Shown in pieces: positions 6,506-16,278 of a stretch of 20,000 nucleotides of DNA. The position numbers and the translations under genes are program-made. The DNA comes from an uncultured virus (IMG/VR IMGVR_UViG_3300020049_007251) (taxonomy: Duplodnaviria; Heunggongvirae; Uroviricota; Caudoviricetes): IMG/VR virus record IMGVR_UViG_3300020049_007251; one strand, 5' to 3'. The notes beneath the pieces were generated by a model. That model was not told where the DNA came from. It worked only from the letters and a program-made list of their open reading frames with translations, and made no database searches. The first letter of the stretch is position 1, and every line of letters starts with the position of its first letter.

Positions 6506-8728
6506 ATGGGCGCATCTTCTCGAGGAGTTGTCAATTTTTCAGCCGGGGAAGTATCTCCTAAGCTTCGCGGCCGATATGATTCCGTCCCGTACTATGCCGG
6601 CCACGAAACGCTTGAAAACGTCTTAGTCACAAATTTCGGATCTGTTTTTCGCACACCCGGGACGAAGCACGTGGCCCGGACAAAATACCAAAACAAAGAC
6701 GCCCGGCTGATTGCGTTCAAATTCTCGCTTGAGCAATCTTATCAAATGGAGTTAGGCGACCTTTATTTCCGATTTTTCCGAAACAGCGCAAGCATCGTCG
6801 AGACAGCAAAGACAATCACCGGGATCACTAAAGCTAACCCTGCGGTGGTGACATCGGGTGCACATGGTTACAGCAACGGCGATTTTGTCGACATCGATGC
6901 GGTTGTTGGCATGACGCAAGTCAACAATAAAAGATTTAAGGTCGCAAACGTCGCGGCTAACACTTTCGAGCTTCAAGATGAGGACGGGAACAACATCAAC
7001 AGCTCATCTTATACGACCTATTCAAGCGGCGGGACAGCCGAGCGCGTTTATCAGATTGTTTCGCCTTATCTGGAAACGAACCTTTCAAGCATTAAGTACA
7101 CCCAACAAAATGACATCATGTATATTGTCGATGGTGCTCACGCCCCGCAAAAGCTTTCGAGATTAACTGCGACAACGTTCTCGATTGCCCCGGTCAATTT
7201 TGTCGGTGGCCCGTTCTTGCCTGAAAACATCACAGCGACAACGATCACGCCGTCAGCCGACACCGGGACGGGGATCACGTTGACCGCATCGGCCGCAACC
7301 TTCCAAGCCGGCCACGTTGGCGCGCTTTGGCGCGTGAAAGATGGCGTTGTTAAAATAACCGGATTTACAAGCACGACAATCGTCACCGGGGACGTTCAGG
7401 CCGAAGCAGACGGAACCGCCGGCGATCTTGGAACCGGCCCGGCCGCAACGGACGACTGGGCGGAAGGCGCATGGTCAACCGTTCGAGGATTCCCGACCGA
7501 TGTCAAAATCTTCGAACAAAGTTGCTATTACATGGCGACGACATACGAAGGCTTGAAGGTTTGGGGATCTGTCCCGGAAGAATACGAAAATTTCACGCCC
7601 GGGGTAACGGCAAGCGATTCCTTGACATACCGGCTCGGCTCGGCTTCAGCCGATCGGCTTTTGTGGATGTATCCTACGACTTCGATCATTATCGGATGCG
7701 GATCGGGGCCGTTCACTTTTTCTTCAGTCGGTGATGCTCGCATTTCGCCGGTGAATACTCCGTCGGTTCGTCAGCAGAATGAAAACGGTTCAAATTCTGT
7801 CTCGCCGGTTAGAATCGGGCCGTTTGTTTATTACGTTGAGCGAAACGGGACGATCTTGGGTCAGCTAACGTATTCGCTTGAGACAAACAGCTTCGACACT
7901 AAAGACATGACCCGCTTGAGCGATCACATTTTGGGTGATGGTGTCGTCGATTTGGCAATTCAAAACTATCCGAACAATATTCTTTGGGCTTTGAGATCCG
8001 ACGGTGTTTTGGCTACGCTTGCGCGCGAAGTCGAGGACAATATCAGATCATGGACTCGTCAAGTATTCGCCGGCACAGCGGCGGCCGTAAAGAGCGTTTC
8101 TACAAATCCAAACGGGAAAGAAGATCAGGTTTGGTTTATCGTCAACCGCACAATTAATAGCGCGACGCGGCGATATATTGAATACATGATGCCGCACGAA
8201 ATCGGTGAGCAAGAAGATTTGTTTTTCGTTCAAAGCGGGCTAACTTATGACGGCTCGCCGGTAACGACATTGACAAACTTAGATCACCTTGAAGGGCAAT
8301 CGGTTCAGATATTGGCTGACGGCGCTGTTCATCCGAATCGAACAGTCACAGCCGGGGCGATAACGCTCGATTATGCCGCTTCCGTCGTGCAAGTCGGCCT
8401 TGGGTATGATTCAACGATAAAAACAATGGATTTGGAAGGTGCAAGCTTCAGCGGCACTTCACAAACCAAAGTCACGCACATCGGAAAAGTATCTTTGCGC
8501 TTTCTTGACACGCTTGGATGCAAATTTGGTGACGGGGTAACGATGGACACTATACCTTTTCGCACGTCATCGATGCCAATGAATCAGCCGCCAACAATTT
8601 TCACCGGCGACAAAGAAGTGCAATTCCCTTCGGGGCATGTAAAGAATAAACACATTGTTATCAAACAGACGCAACCGCTTCCACTTCATTTGCTCGGAAT
8701 ATTCCCGCGCATGATGGTTGCGGACTAA
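6506..8728 (+). CDS. Tail tubular protein B / nozzle (T7 gp12-like)
   Basis: N-terminal NFSAGEVSPKLRGRYD, RTPGT, RLIAFKFS..QSYQMELGDLYFRFF; later LSDHIL, LRSDGVLA, LDHLEGQSVQILADGAVHP, VGLGY and C-terminal QTQPLPLHLL. Confidence 0.92.
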   Translation: MGASSRGVVNFSAGEVSPKLRGRYDSVPYYAGHETLENVLVTNFGSVFRTPGTKHVARTKYQNKDARLIAFKFSLEQSYQMELGDLYFRFFRNSASIVETAKTITGITKANPAVVTSGAHGYSNGDFVDIDAVVGMTQVNNKRFKVANVAANTFELQDEDGNNINSSSYTTYSSGGTAERVYQIVSPYLETNLSSIKYTQQNDIMYIVDGAHAPQKLSRLTATTFSIAPVNFVGGPFLPENITATTITPSADTGTGITLTASAATFQAGHVGALWRVKDGVVKITGFTSTTIVTGDVQAEADGTAGDLGTGPAATDDWAEGAWSTVRGFPTDVKIFEQSCYYMATTYEGLKVWGSVPEEYENFTPGVTASDSLTYRLGSASADRLLWMYPTTSIIIGCGSGPFTFSSVGDARISPVNTPSVRQQNENGSNSVSPVRIGPFVYYVERNGTILGQLTYSLETNSFDTKDMTRLSDHILGDGVVDLAIQNYPNNILWALRSDGVLATLAREVEDNIRSWTRQVFAGTAAAVKSVSTNPNGKEDQVWFIVNRTINSATRRYIEYMMPHEIGEQEDLFFVQSGLTYDGSPVTTLTNLDHLEGQSVQILADGAVHPNRTVTAGAITLDYAASVVQVGLGYDSTIKTMDLEGASFSGTSQTKVTHIGKVSLRFLDTLGCKFGDGVTMDTIPFRTSSMPMNQPPTIFTGDKEVQFPSGHVKNKHIVIKQTQPLPLHLLGIFPRMMVAD

Positions 8729-8739
8729 AGGAAAATCTT

Positions 8740-9267
8740 ATGGTTAATATTCCGCTTCTTGCAAGTTCCGGGACAAAAGGGCTCAAAACGCTTGGCGATG
8801 TGACAGGGGATTTGAGTCTCGGGAAAGCGTATGACCTAAACGCCGGGCTTTTGGATATGTCAGCCGATGGCGTTATCGCGGCCGGTGATCGTCAGGCCGA
8901 GAACATCGAAGAACAGGGAGCGAAATTTGTTTCTTATCAACGAGCACTTTACGCAAAAAGCGGCGTCACAATGGAAGGCTCCCCGATGGACGTCTTGGTC
9001 GACACCGAAAGAACAATTCGCCTTGATATTTTATCGACAAAGTTAAACGCGGCGCAAAAATCAAACGACATTCGCTTCGAAGCCTTGCAATATCGTTTAG
9101 CGGCCGGCAATCAGCGCGTGAAGGCGATGCAAGACTTAAATCGCGGCATCTTGGAGATAGGAACGGACGTGGGGCTTTCGCAGTATGGCAAAAACAAAGG
9201 AACCGTTAAGGGAACCGGCAAGACACAGAGCCAAATTTTAGGATTTAATACGAGGGAATATACCTAA
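8740..9267 (+). CDS. Probable small internal virion (ejection) protein
   Basis: Follows the nozzle gene. The motif QRALYAKSGVTMEGSPMDVL in an Ala/Gln-rich helical sequence is typical of T7 gp14-position proteins in BPP-1-like phages. Confidence 0.72.
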   Translation: MVNIPLLASSGTKGLKTLGDVTGDLSLGKAYDLNAGLLDMSADGVIAAGDRQAENIEEQGAKFVSYQRALYAKSGVTMEGSPMDVLVDTERTIRLDILSTKLNAAQKSNDIRFEALQYRLAAGNQRVKAMQDLNRGILEIGTDVGLSQYGKNKGTVKGTGKTQSQILGFNTREYT

Positions 9268-10733
9268 TGAGAATACCACAAGCCACAAGACAGGTCGATA
9301 TAAACGCCCCGCAGACACAGAAAATCTCGACGGGGCTTTTTCCGTCAGGAGCTCCGATTCGCGAAGTCGCCGAAGTGCTCGACACCGCAAACAAGAAATT
9401 TAAACAGCTTGAGGACTTGACTCAAGTAACCGGCGCGCACACCGAGATTATTCGTAAACTCGACACGATTCAGGCGGAAGCTCGAAAAGACTCTGACATA
9501 TACAACCCAAATAAATATCAGGACACAATCGACCAAGCTATATCCGAGCACGTCAATACGATCACCGATCCAGAACTAAAGATCAAGGCGGCTTCGCAAT
9601 TTCAGTCAGCAGGATATTCGGCTTGGAATAATATCAACAGCGATTTCCGCCGCCGGCAGATCGAGAACTCACAGAATAAGCTCTTTGATTGGATGGGAAC
9701 CGCTCAAAATCAATATTCACAGACTTCCGACCCTGTTATGAAGCAAGACTTGCTGACTCAAGCCGACGCAATTATCGACGGTCACGTTGAGTCGGGCGTT
9801 TTAAGCGCAGAGCAGGCCCGGGCCATGAAAAAGGACAAAACGACAAATTGGGCGAAGGCTGAAGTCATGTTTGACGCTCAAACCAACCCGGATTTTGCAT
9901 TAAAAAAGATCAATGAAGGGCAATATCCCGCTATTGACAACGTAGTCGAAAAAGACAATCTGATTCAGACGATTACGAACATGAAAGAGCGGCGCATCAA
10001 AGAATCGCAAGAATCGCTGAAACTTAGCCGCATCGAAAATGAGTCGAATGTCGTAAAAGGATTGGCAGAAGGGAAGCTTTTAAATGCTTCTCTCGAGCAA
10101 ATCAATCAAATGGATGTGAATGGCGAAATCAGCTTTAAATTTGCTCAATCTTGGCGGGCATTGGTCACAAGTCCAAAAGCGGTCGATCAAAACATGCTCG
10201 ATGATGACGAAAAGCTATTTTATAAGCACGTTGCTGATATTTTGGGCTCCCCGGACAAAGAAAAAGTCAATGCCAAGATCACCGAAGTCATGGACGACAG
10301 CGCAAACGGCAGGCTTTCACGTGAAAATTTGACCTTGCTTTTAAAGGCATCATTGGAACAGGGACGCGGATCATCCGAGAAAAGCACAAAGACCAAGGGC
10401 GTATTGGAAAGCTTTTCTTCTTGGGTTGGTTCATCGCTTCGTGGTGACAAGAAGAAGCCGGCAATCGAAGGCGGCCGAGCAATTATTGAAGCTCATATTC
10501 AGGGGCAAGATACGCGCGCGGCGGCCGATAATGCCATGAAAGCGGCAATCGTAGGCGAACACCCGGAAGCCGCAATGCAGACCGACATCCCGAATATGGT
10601 TGTCGGCCCGGATAGCAACGTAAGATTTGTTTTTCCGCGCGAAACAAACGTCACACCGCGTCGGATATACAATTCAGCAACCGGCAAGCTTGAAGTAAAT
10701 CAGCAAGTTAATCAGGGTGCGTATAAAAAATGA
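9267..10733 (+). CDS. Probable internal virion (ejection) protein, 488 aa
   Basis: TAATG coupling with the previous gene, an MRIP N-terminus, charged helical composition and position in the core-protein block. No catalytic motif recognised. Confidence 0.6.
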   Translation: MRIPQATRQVDINAPQTQKISTGLFPSGAPIREVAEVLDTANKKFKQLEDLTQVTGAHTEIIRKLDTIQAEARKDSDIYNPNKYQDTIDQAISEHVNTITDPELKIKAASQFQSAGYSAWNNINSDFRRRQIENSQNKLFDWMGTAQNQYSQTSDPVMKQDLLTQADAIIDGHVESGVLSAEQARAMKKDKTTNWAKAEVMFDAQTNPDFALKKINEGQYPAIDNVVEKDNLIQTITNMKERRIKESQESLKLSRIENESNVVKGLAEGKLLNASLEQINQMDVNGEISFKFAQSWRALVTSPKAVDQNMLDDDEKLFYKHVADILGSPDKEKVNAKITEVMDDSANGRLSRENLTLLLKASLEQGRGSSEKSTKTKGVLESFSSWVGSSLRGDKKKPAIEGGRAIIEAHIQGQDTRAAADNAMKAAIVGEHPEAAMQTDIPNMVVGPDSNVRFVFPRETNVTPRRIYNSATGKLEVNQQVNQGAYKK

Positions 10734-13375
10734 ATAATGTCTTAGTGAAATCCACAAATGAAGTCATCGGATTCGAAGATAGTGTCTCTATCGACGAAAT
10801 TCAAAAGATTATCAGCAACGATCAGAACGGGACGATCTCGGCATATAAGCCGTCATTCTATGACCGCGCTTTTCGTGAACCGATGCGAAAGCTTGGCGCG
10901 GATTTTGCGCAACCAAAATTTATCTCGGAGCCGCCCAAGAGCTTCGAGGAAATCATAAAACCACTCAAAACGGCCGGGTGGAACCTTCTCGCAGGCGTTG
11001 AAAGCGGAACAATCGCTTTAAATAAAGTTTTCATGCTCGATAAAATACCGGCGATTAAGGCTTCGCTCGATCAATCTCAAAAGGGGATCGATGTCATCAA
11101 TGAAATGAGCAAGACCGAAAACAAGAGCGCGGCTTTTGCAAATCAATTCATGGCGCAGATCGGCGCATTTGTCCCCACGCTACCTTCAGACATGGCTTTA
11201 GGTGGAATCACAAGGACGACGTTATTGACAAGATTCCCGGCCGCCTTACAGCCGTATTTGAGTAGAATCCCGGATTTTGCGATAGGGATGGGCGAGAAGG
11301 CTTTTGTCAGCGAAGCGCAAAAAGGCGAGTCAGTTGCGAAGCCTTTTGAATCGGGCGCAGAATCAATGGCAATCGGGACGCTCTTTGGTGTCGCCAACAC
11401 AATCCCGCGAATGACCGCGCTTGGTGTTGCTGAAGCAAATTATAACGCAATCAAAGAAAATCGATTGGCAAGTGGCGAAGAAATGCTAACCGGCGCGGCA
11501 AATGGTGCGGCTTTCGGCATCGTATTTAAAGCAGTAGAACACCTTCATTCTATCGGGGACAATTCCGCGATTGAGCCGTATTATCAGCGCATGGCAAGCG
11601 CAATGGAAAAAGGCGACATCGTTGGGCTTAAAAAAGAATATGATTCAATGCTTTCAAGCGACACTTTATCGAAAAAGCAAAAAGTTGATCTAAAGGAAGT
11701 ATTTGATAGCTCGGTCAAGGGATATTCCGAGACGCACAATAAAGATTTTCAGCTTTTAATGAGCCTTTCGTCGGCAAGCCATATTTTAAAGCTCACTGGC
11801 GATCAGCCGGCCGTCCGCGAAGGAATGCTTTCGCAAGTCCAAAGCCTTGTCACCGGCTACCTAAAATCCAAAACTCCGAACATGGCAAATTCGACCGCTA
11901 TTCAGGCTTCAAAAGAATTGATCGAGATCGAAGCGCAAAGAGTCGTATCGGAGCCTTTAGGCGAAAGCATTACGAAGATTTTATCTCGCGGCGATGATGT
12001 CCGTAACCGGGCGAACAAAGGGAAAATGTCCGAGCCCGAGATTAAACAGCAATTCAATGACCCGAACGCCGTAGAAACGCTTGATTACTTAGCGCAATAT
12101 ATGTCCCCAAAGGCGGTCGCTTCGATGTCAGGTCAAGAACGCCTTCAAATGGCAAACGGCCCTTGGCAGAATCTGCGGGATTATGAAGCAAATTTTCAAG
12201 TAAGACAGGCGGCTCGCCAAGAAGAAGCAATCGCTCGGGCAACACGCGAGCAAGAATCTTTAAGAAAATCGGCCGCCGATCGCGCCGCTGACGAAGTTCA
12301 AGTTGCAAACGCTGAAGGCGAAGGCATGATTACGCGCCAACCGTCAGACTTGCAGATCGTTTTGAGCTCACCGGCCGCAACGTCAAAACTCGTTGAGAAC
12401 ATCGCCAAGGCCGTAATCGAGCAACCGAAGGCAAAAGAGCAGGCAAAAAGCGAGATCGTTAAGCCAAGCGAAGATTTGCAGGGGAAACCGGGCATTGTAG
12501 AGAAGATTTCAGAGCCCAAAACGCTTGAAGAATTCCAGACTGTTATCCGAAGCGGAAACAAGAAGATCAATTTGACCGAAGAAGCGGTCGGATTCGGGGA
12601 AAGAAATAAAAACACGCCCGGAATCGTTGAACAGTTGACGGCGGCCCGCAAGGAAGCACAAAAACGCGCTGACGATAGCGGAAACGCTCAAGCTCAGACT
12701 GAAGCACAGCTTTTCAATGAAGCGATCAAGGGGGCGGAAGGAAAATTAACCGTTCAGGGGATTCGTGATACTCGCGCAAAATACTTATCCACAGGAAAGC
12801 CACAGACAGTTAATATCTCCCCGGTTGAAGGCGTAGGAGAAACGAAAACGCGCGGATTGTCGCAAGGTGTTGAGGAGAAAGCGATCGCCAAGAAATTGAC
12901 TGAAAATTTTGGTGATTTGCCGCAATACAAAAGTGTTTCTATGGAAGATCAGGCGGCTCGAGCAAACGATCTTTTAATAAAAGACCCGGCGAAAGCAAAG
13001 CGAATCGCGATGGGTCAAGAAATTCCACCTGAAGGATTGTTGCCTGAAAGCGTCTTTGTCGCCTTAGAAAACAAAGCGATAGCGCAGGGCGACGTCGCAA
13101 CATTGCGCGACCTTGCCACAGCTTCCGGGCTGACCGCAGAAGCGACGACGATGGGGCAAAGACTTAGGACATTAGCCGAGCGTGAGCCCGATTCTCCCGT
13201 TTCAGCGATCATGGAAGTTGCCAAGGCCCGCGAGGATGCGGCGGTCAAAAAGACTAAAACCAAGGATATTAAAAAAGCCAAGGAGAAAATCGTCAATGAA
13301 GTTAAATCTGAAATTAAGAAAACCGCCCCGACGAAAAAGGATTGGGACTCTTTCATCCGGGGCTTGGAATGTTGA
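10730..13375 (+). CDS. Probable large internal virion (ejection) protein, 881 aa
   Basis: ATGA coupling. A Gly/Ala-rich amphipathic N-terminal third is followed by long Lys/Glu/Ala-rich helical regions. Ends ...DWDSFIRGLEC. Confidence 0.6.
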   Translation: MNNVLVKSTNEVIGFEDSVSIDEIQKIISNDQNGTISAYKPSFYDRAFREPMRKLGADFAQPKFISEPPKSFEEIIKPLKTAGWNLLAGVESGTIALNKVFMLDKIPAIKASLDQSQKGIDVINEMSKTENKSAAFANQFMAQIGAFVPTLPSDMALGGITRTTLLTRFPAALQPYLSRIPDFAIGMGEKAFVSEAQKGESVAKPFESGAESMAIGTLFGVANTIPRMTALGVAEANYNAIKENRLASGEEMLTGAANGAAFGIVFKAVEHLHSIGDNSAIEPYYQRMASAMEKGDIVGLKKEYDSMLSSDTLSKKQKVDLKEVFDSSVKGYSETHNKDFQLLMSLSSASHILKLTGDQPAVREGMLSQVQSLVTGYLKSKTPNMANSTAIQASKELIEIEAQRVVSEPLGESITKILSRGDDVRNRANKGKMSEPEIKQQFNDPNAVETLDYLAQYMSPKAVASMSGQERLQMANGPWQNLRDYEANFQVRQAARQEEAIARATREQESLRKSAADRAADEVQVANAEGEGMITRQPSDLQIVLSSPAATSKLVENIAKAVIEQPKAKEQAKSEIVKPSEDLQGKPGIVEKISEPKTLEEFQTVIRSGNKKINLTEEAVGFGERNKNTPGIVEQLTAARKEAQKRADDSGNAQAQTEAQLFNEAIKGAEGKLTVQGIRDTRAKYLSTGKPQTVNISPVEGVGETKTRGLSQGVEEKAIAKKLTENFGDLPQYKSVSMEDQAARANDLLIKDPAKAKRIAMGQEIPPEGLLPESVFVALENKAIAQGDVATLRDLATASGLTAEATTMGQRLRTLAEREPDSPVSAIMEVAKAREDAAVKKTKTKDIKKAKEKIVNEVKSEIKKTAPTKKDWDSFIRGLEC

Positions 13376-13393
13376 AAAAATGGGAGATAATTA

Positions 13394-15046
13394 GTGTTTT
13401 GTCTAAATAAAAATTTAACATCAGATTTCATGAAGAAGCTCAAGAGTGGCGAAATCGACCCGGCAAAATTAGTCGAAATGACGTCACAGGAACGCCGTGA
13501 CTTCTTTTCGAAATTCCTCGGGGAAGAAAATGCCCGTCAGGTCAATGCGCTTTTTGAAAGCAAATTGCTTTTAAAGAATCAACAGCAGGGAATCATCACA
13601 TGGGCGAAGAAGGTCGCCGGCATCACGAAAGAAGCCGAGAAAGACATTCTCTCCCGGGTTGATCGCATGACTGAAGTTCTTCAGCCGAAAGACATGGACA
13701 AATTTCTGGAAGATTTGGCCGCGCAGAAATTGGGCGTCGGCGTGACAATGCAAGAAGCCGGCAAGATCGCAGAGCTCGCAAAGTCAGCGTCAACCAAGAA
13801 AGAATCGATCCCGGAAAGTGCTTCGATCGGAAGTGATGTTCGTCTTGCATACGGCCGAGCCCGGGTTGCGTTCGATAACTATGTCAGCGAATTAAAAGCA
13901 AACGTGAAAAAGCCGATCACGGTCGGCGGCGCAATATCAGGAACCGCCGGGCTTGCGAAATCTTTGAAAGCGTCGCTTGATAATAGCGTTATCGGTCGCC
14001 AAGGCCTGAAAGTATTATTCACGAATCCTAAAATATGGGCCAAGAATTCCGCGCAAACGTTTGTCGATATTTTTAACACATATAAAGGCCGTGAAGTCAT
14101 CGACGAAGTGAAAGCCGACGTTTTGTCACGTCCGAATGCGATCAATGGACTCTATAAAAAAGAAAAGCTTGCCGTAGGCGTCACCGAAGAAGCTTTCCCG
14201 ACGGCTTTGCCTGAAAAAATCCCGTATCTTGGAAGATTATTCAAGGGATCGCAGGCCGCTTTTACCGCTTTCCAATATCGTACAAGAGCAGATGTCTTTG
14301 ACAAATATGTCGAGATCGCCAAGAAGTCGGGCGGCGACATTGAAGGCATTGGATTACTCGCTAATTCTCTGACAGGGCGCGGAAACATCGGGCCTTTGGA
14401 ACCTTCCGCGCAGGCGGTTAATAATATTTTCTTTTCTCCGCGTTTGCTTAAAAGCAATATTGACGCTTTAACCGGCCACGTTGCCGATTACGGAAAAATG
14501 GGGACGTTCGCAAAGAAGCAGGCGGCAATCAATACGCTTAAAATTATCACCGGCGTCGCAACAATCTTGGCAATCGCAAAAGCGATCGACCCGGACAGCG
14601 TTGACTTCGATCCTCGCGGCGCAAACTTCGGAAAGATCCGCGTCAATGATACCCGTTTTGATGTCAGTGGCGGCATGTCCGCAATTGTTATTCTCGCTTC
14701 ACGTTTAGCGACGCAATCTTCAAAAAGTAGCGTCACAAATAAAGTGACAAAATTGAATTCCGGGAAATTTGGCGCAAAGTCCGGGACGGATGTCATTTAT
14801 AACTTTTTTGAAAACAAGTTGTCGCCTGCGGCGGCAGTTCTAAAAGACCTTTTGAAAGGTAGCGACTTCTCCGGGAATAAGCCAACGCTCATGAATGAAG
14901 CGAAGAATCTTTTGCTACCGCTTCCGATTAATACTTTTATCGAATTACAAAGCAACCCAAATTCAGCAAATATCATCGTCGCCATGATCGCCGACGCTTT
15001 AGGGATTTCTGTCAATACGTACTCGGGAAAAACAAAGAAAGATTAA
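13394..15046 (+). CDS. Probable internal virion (ejection) protein, 550 aa
   Basis: GTG start with GGGAG SD (13382-13386). Motifs ASLDNSVIGRQG, NSLTGRG, FFSPRLLKS, DPRGANFGKIRVNDTRFDVSGG and NKLSP resemble the C-terminal part of large phage ejection proteins. It is the last gene before the tail fibre. Confidence 0.62.
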   Translation: MFCLNKNLTSDFMKKLKSGEIDPAKLVEMTSQERRDFFSKFLGEENARQVNALFESKLLLKNQQQGIITWAKKVAGITKEAEKDILSRVDRMTEVLQPKDMDKFLEDLAAQKLGVGVTMQEAGKIAELAKSASTKKESIPESASIGSDVRLAYGRARVAFDNYVSELKANVKKPITVGGAISGTAGLAKSLKASLDNSVIGRQGLKVLFTNPKIWAKNSAQTFVDIFNTYKGREVIDEVKADVLSRPNAINGLYKKEKLAVGVTEEAFPTALPEKIPYLGRLFKGSQAAFTAFQYRTRADVFDKYVEIAKKSGGDIEGIGLLANSLTGRGNIGPLEPSAQAVNNIFFSPRLLKSNIDALTGHVADYGKMGTFAKKQAAINTLKIITGVATILAIAKAIDPDSVDFDPRGANFGKIRVNDTRFDVSGGMSAIVILASRLATQSSKSSVTNKVTKLNSGKFGAKSGTDVIYNFFENKLSPAAAVLKDLLKGSDFSGNKPTLMNEAKNLLLPLPINTFIELQSNPNSANIIVAMIADALGISVNTYSGKTKKD

Positions 15047-15058
15047 AGGAGATTTAAA

Positions 15059-15961
15059 ATGACGCTATCAAGTTCAGTGAATAAGGTTATTTATACCGGG
15101 AACGGCTCGACGGCAACTTATGCCTACACATTCAAAATACTTGACGAAGAAGATTTGATCGTCACTCGGGTCGTGATTGCGACGGGAGTTGAAACGGATC
15201 AGGTTTTGACGACCGACTACACAGTCACCGGCGTAGGGAATCCGAGCGGCGGGAATGTTATTTTAGTCGCCGGGAATCTTCCGTCGACGCAGAAGCTTGT
15301 CGTTCGCCGCGTTGTCGACATGATTCAAGAAGTCGATTATGTCGAGAACGATCCTTTCCCTGCGGAAACACACGAAGAAGCCCTCGATCGCTTAACGATG
15401 ATGTGCCAACAATTACAGGAACAAGTCGACCGTAGTGTTCAAGTTGGATTGACTGGAACAGTTCAAACCGCTGAAGAATTATCGGCGGCAATCGCGGACG
15501 CGCAAGCGGCGGCAACAGCGGCGGCGGCAAGTGCATCATCGGCGTCATCTTCGGCGTCATCGGCTTCAAGCTCCGCAAGTACAGCGACGACACAGGCCGG
15601 CAATGCGGCAACAAGCGCGGCGGCGGCATCAGCGAGCGCGGCGGCGGCGGCATCAGCGGCGGCATTATCCGGGCTAGGGACTCGCACGACGGGTTATTCA
15701 ACGAATACGGCATATCTTGCGGCGACCGATCTTTTTGTCATGGCAATTGGTTCTTTCGGCTCCGGGACAAAAGGGGCTTCGAGCATTGACGGAATCGCAG
15801 ATTCAAACGCGAGTCCTTCGACCCGCAGGGCTTACGTAGAGAACTCGACAAATGGATATTACGGATCAATATGTTTCCCCGTTAAAAAGGGCGAGTATTG
15901 GAAAGTCGAATATACCAATATGGGGAATGAAAGCATTCAAACCATCACACTTGGAACCTAA
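15059..15961 (+). CDS. Tail fibre protein with T7 gp17-like N-terminal anchor domain
   Basis: AAGGAG SD. N-terminal YTGNGSTATYAYTFKI...DY.VTG...GG.V...VVRR...FPAETHEEALDRLTMMCQQLQE, then an Ala/Ser coiled stalk and a ~90-aa C-terminal domain ending SICFPVKKGEYWKV. Confidence 0.88.
   Translation: MTLSSSVNKVIYTGNGSTATYAYTFKILDEEDLIVTRVVIATGVETDQVLTTDYTVTGVGNPSGGNVILVAGNLPSTQKLVVRRVVDMIQEVDYVENDPFPAETHEEALDRLTMMCQQLQEQVDRSVQVGLTGTVQTAEELSAAIADAQAAATAAAASASSASSSASSASSSASTATTQAGNAATSAAAASASAAAAASAAALSGLGTRTTGYSTNTAYLAATDLFVMAIGSFGSGTKGASSIDGIADSNASPSTRRAYVENSTNGYYGSICFPVKKGEYWKVEYTNMGNESIQTITLGT
15484..15665 (+). repeat. Low-complexity GCG/GCA/TCG codon repeats encoding the Ala/Ser stalk of the tail fibre
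   Basis: Many gcggcggca-type units encoding AAATAAAASASSASSSASSASSSASTATTQAGNAATSAAAASASAAAAASAAA. Confidence 0.8.
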
Positions 15962-15976
15962 GAAGGGGGATTAAAA

Positions 15977-16177
15977 ATGTTCAAAAGAAAAGAAGCAAAA
16001 CTGATTCAGGTATTCGCGATGATCGTCTTTCTTGCGGTCGTCACGGTGAGCGTCAAGGCGTTCGCAAAATATGAATCATCGTCGGAAGATGTCAAGCCGG
16101 TAGTCCTTTATGGAAATTATCTCGGCAATATTTTGCCGTTAAAAGTCGACGTAAATGGAGTTATTCAAACCAATTAA
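15977..16177 (+). CDS. 66-aa protein: signal peptide plus 36-aa mature peptide paralogous to the N-terminus of the next gene
   Basis: AAGGGGGA SD. Sequence MFKRKEAKLIQVFAMIVFLAVVTVSVKAFA|KYESSSEDVKPVVLYGNYLGNILPLKVDVNGVIQTN. Confidence 0.75.
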   Translation: MFKRKEAKLIQVFAMIVFLAVVTVSVKAFAKYESSSEDVKPVVLYGNYLGNILPLKVDVNGVIQTN

Positions 16178-16278
16178 GGGGGGGAAGATGAAGAAGTTTA
16201 TTTTGTTATTGTTGTTAGTCTTAGGGCAGATTTTAGCAACGTCGGCGTTCGCAAAATATGAATCATCGTCGGAAGATG
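16057..16278 (+). repeat. 35-bp perfect direct repeat (16057-16091 and 16244-16278)
   Basis: ggcgttcgcaaaatatgaatcatcgtcggaagatg occurs twice, 187 bp apart, and encodes AFA|KYESSSED in both genes. Confidence 0.95.

Noticed and set aside
9267..15046. Lytic transglycosylase, virion RNA polymerase or other enzyme domains in the internal virion proteins
   Set aside because: No catalytic motifs were recognised by eye; an HHpred search would be needed to exclude them.
16155..16187. ORF-track start at 16155 for the spike gene
   Set aside because: ATG 16188 has the SD and yields a canonical MKK-hydrophobic signal peptide; 16155 lies inside the previous gene.
16057..16278. 35-bp repeat as a CRISPR repeat, att site or DGR template/variable repeat (BPP-1 relatives carry DGRs)
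   Set aside because: There are only two copies, both coding in frame at protein N-termini. There are no adenine-specific mismatches, and no reverse transcriptase, cas or integrase gene is in the window.
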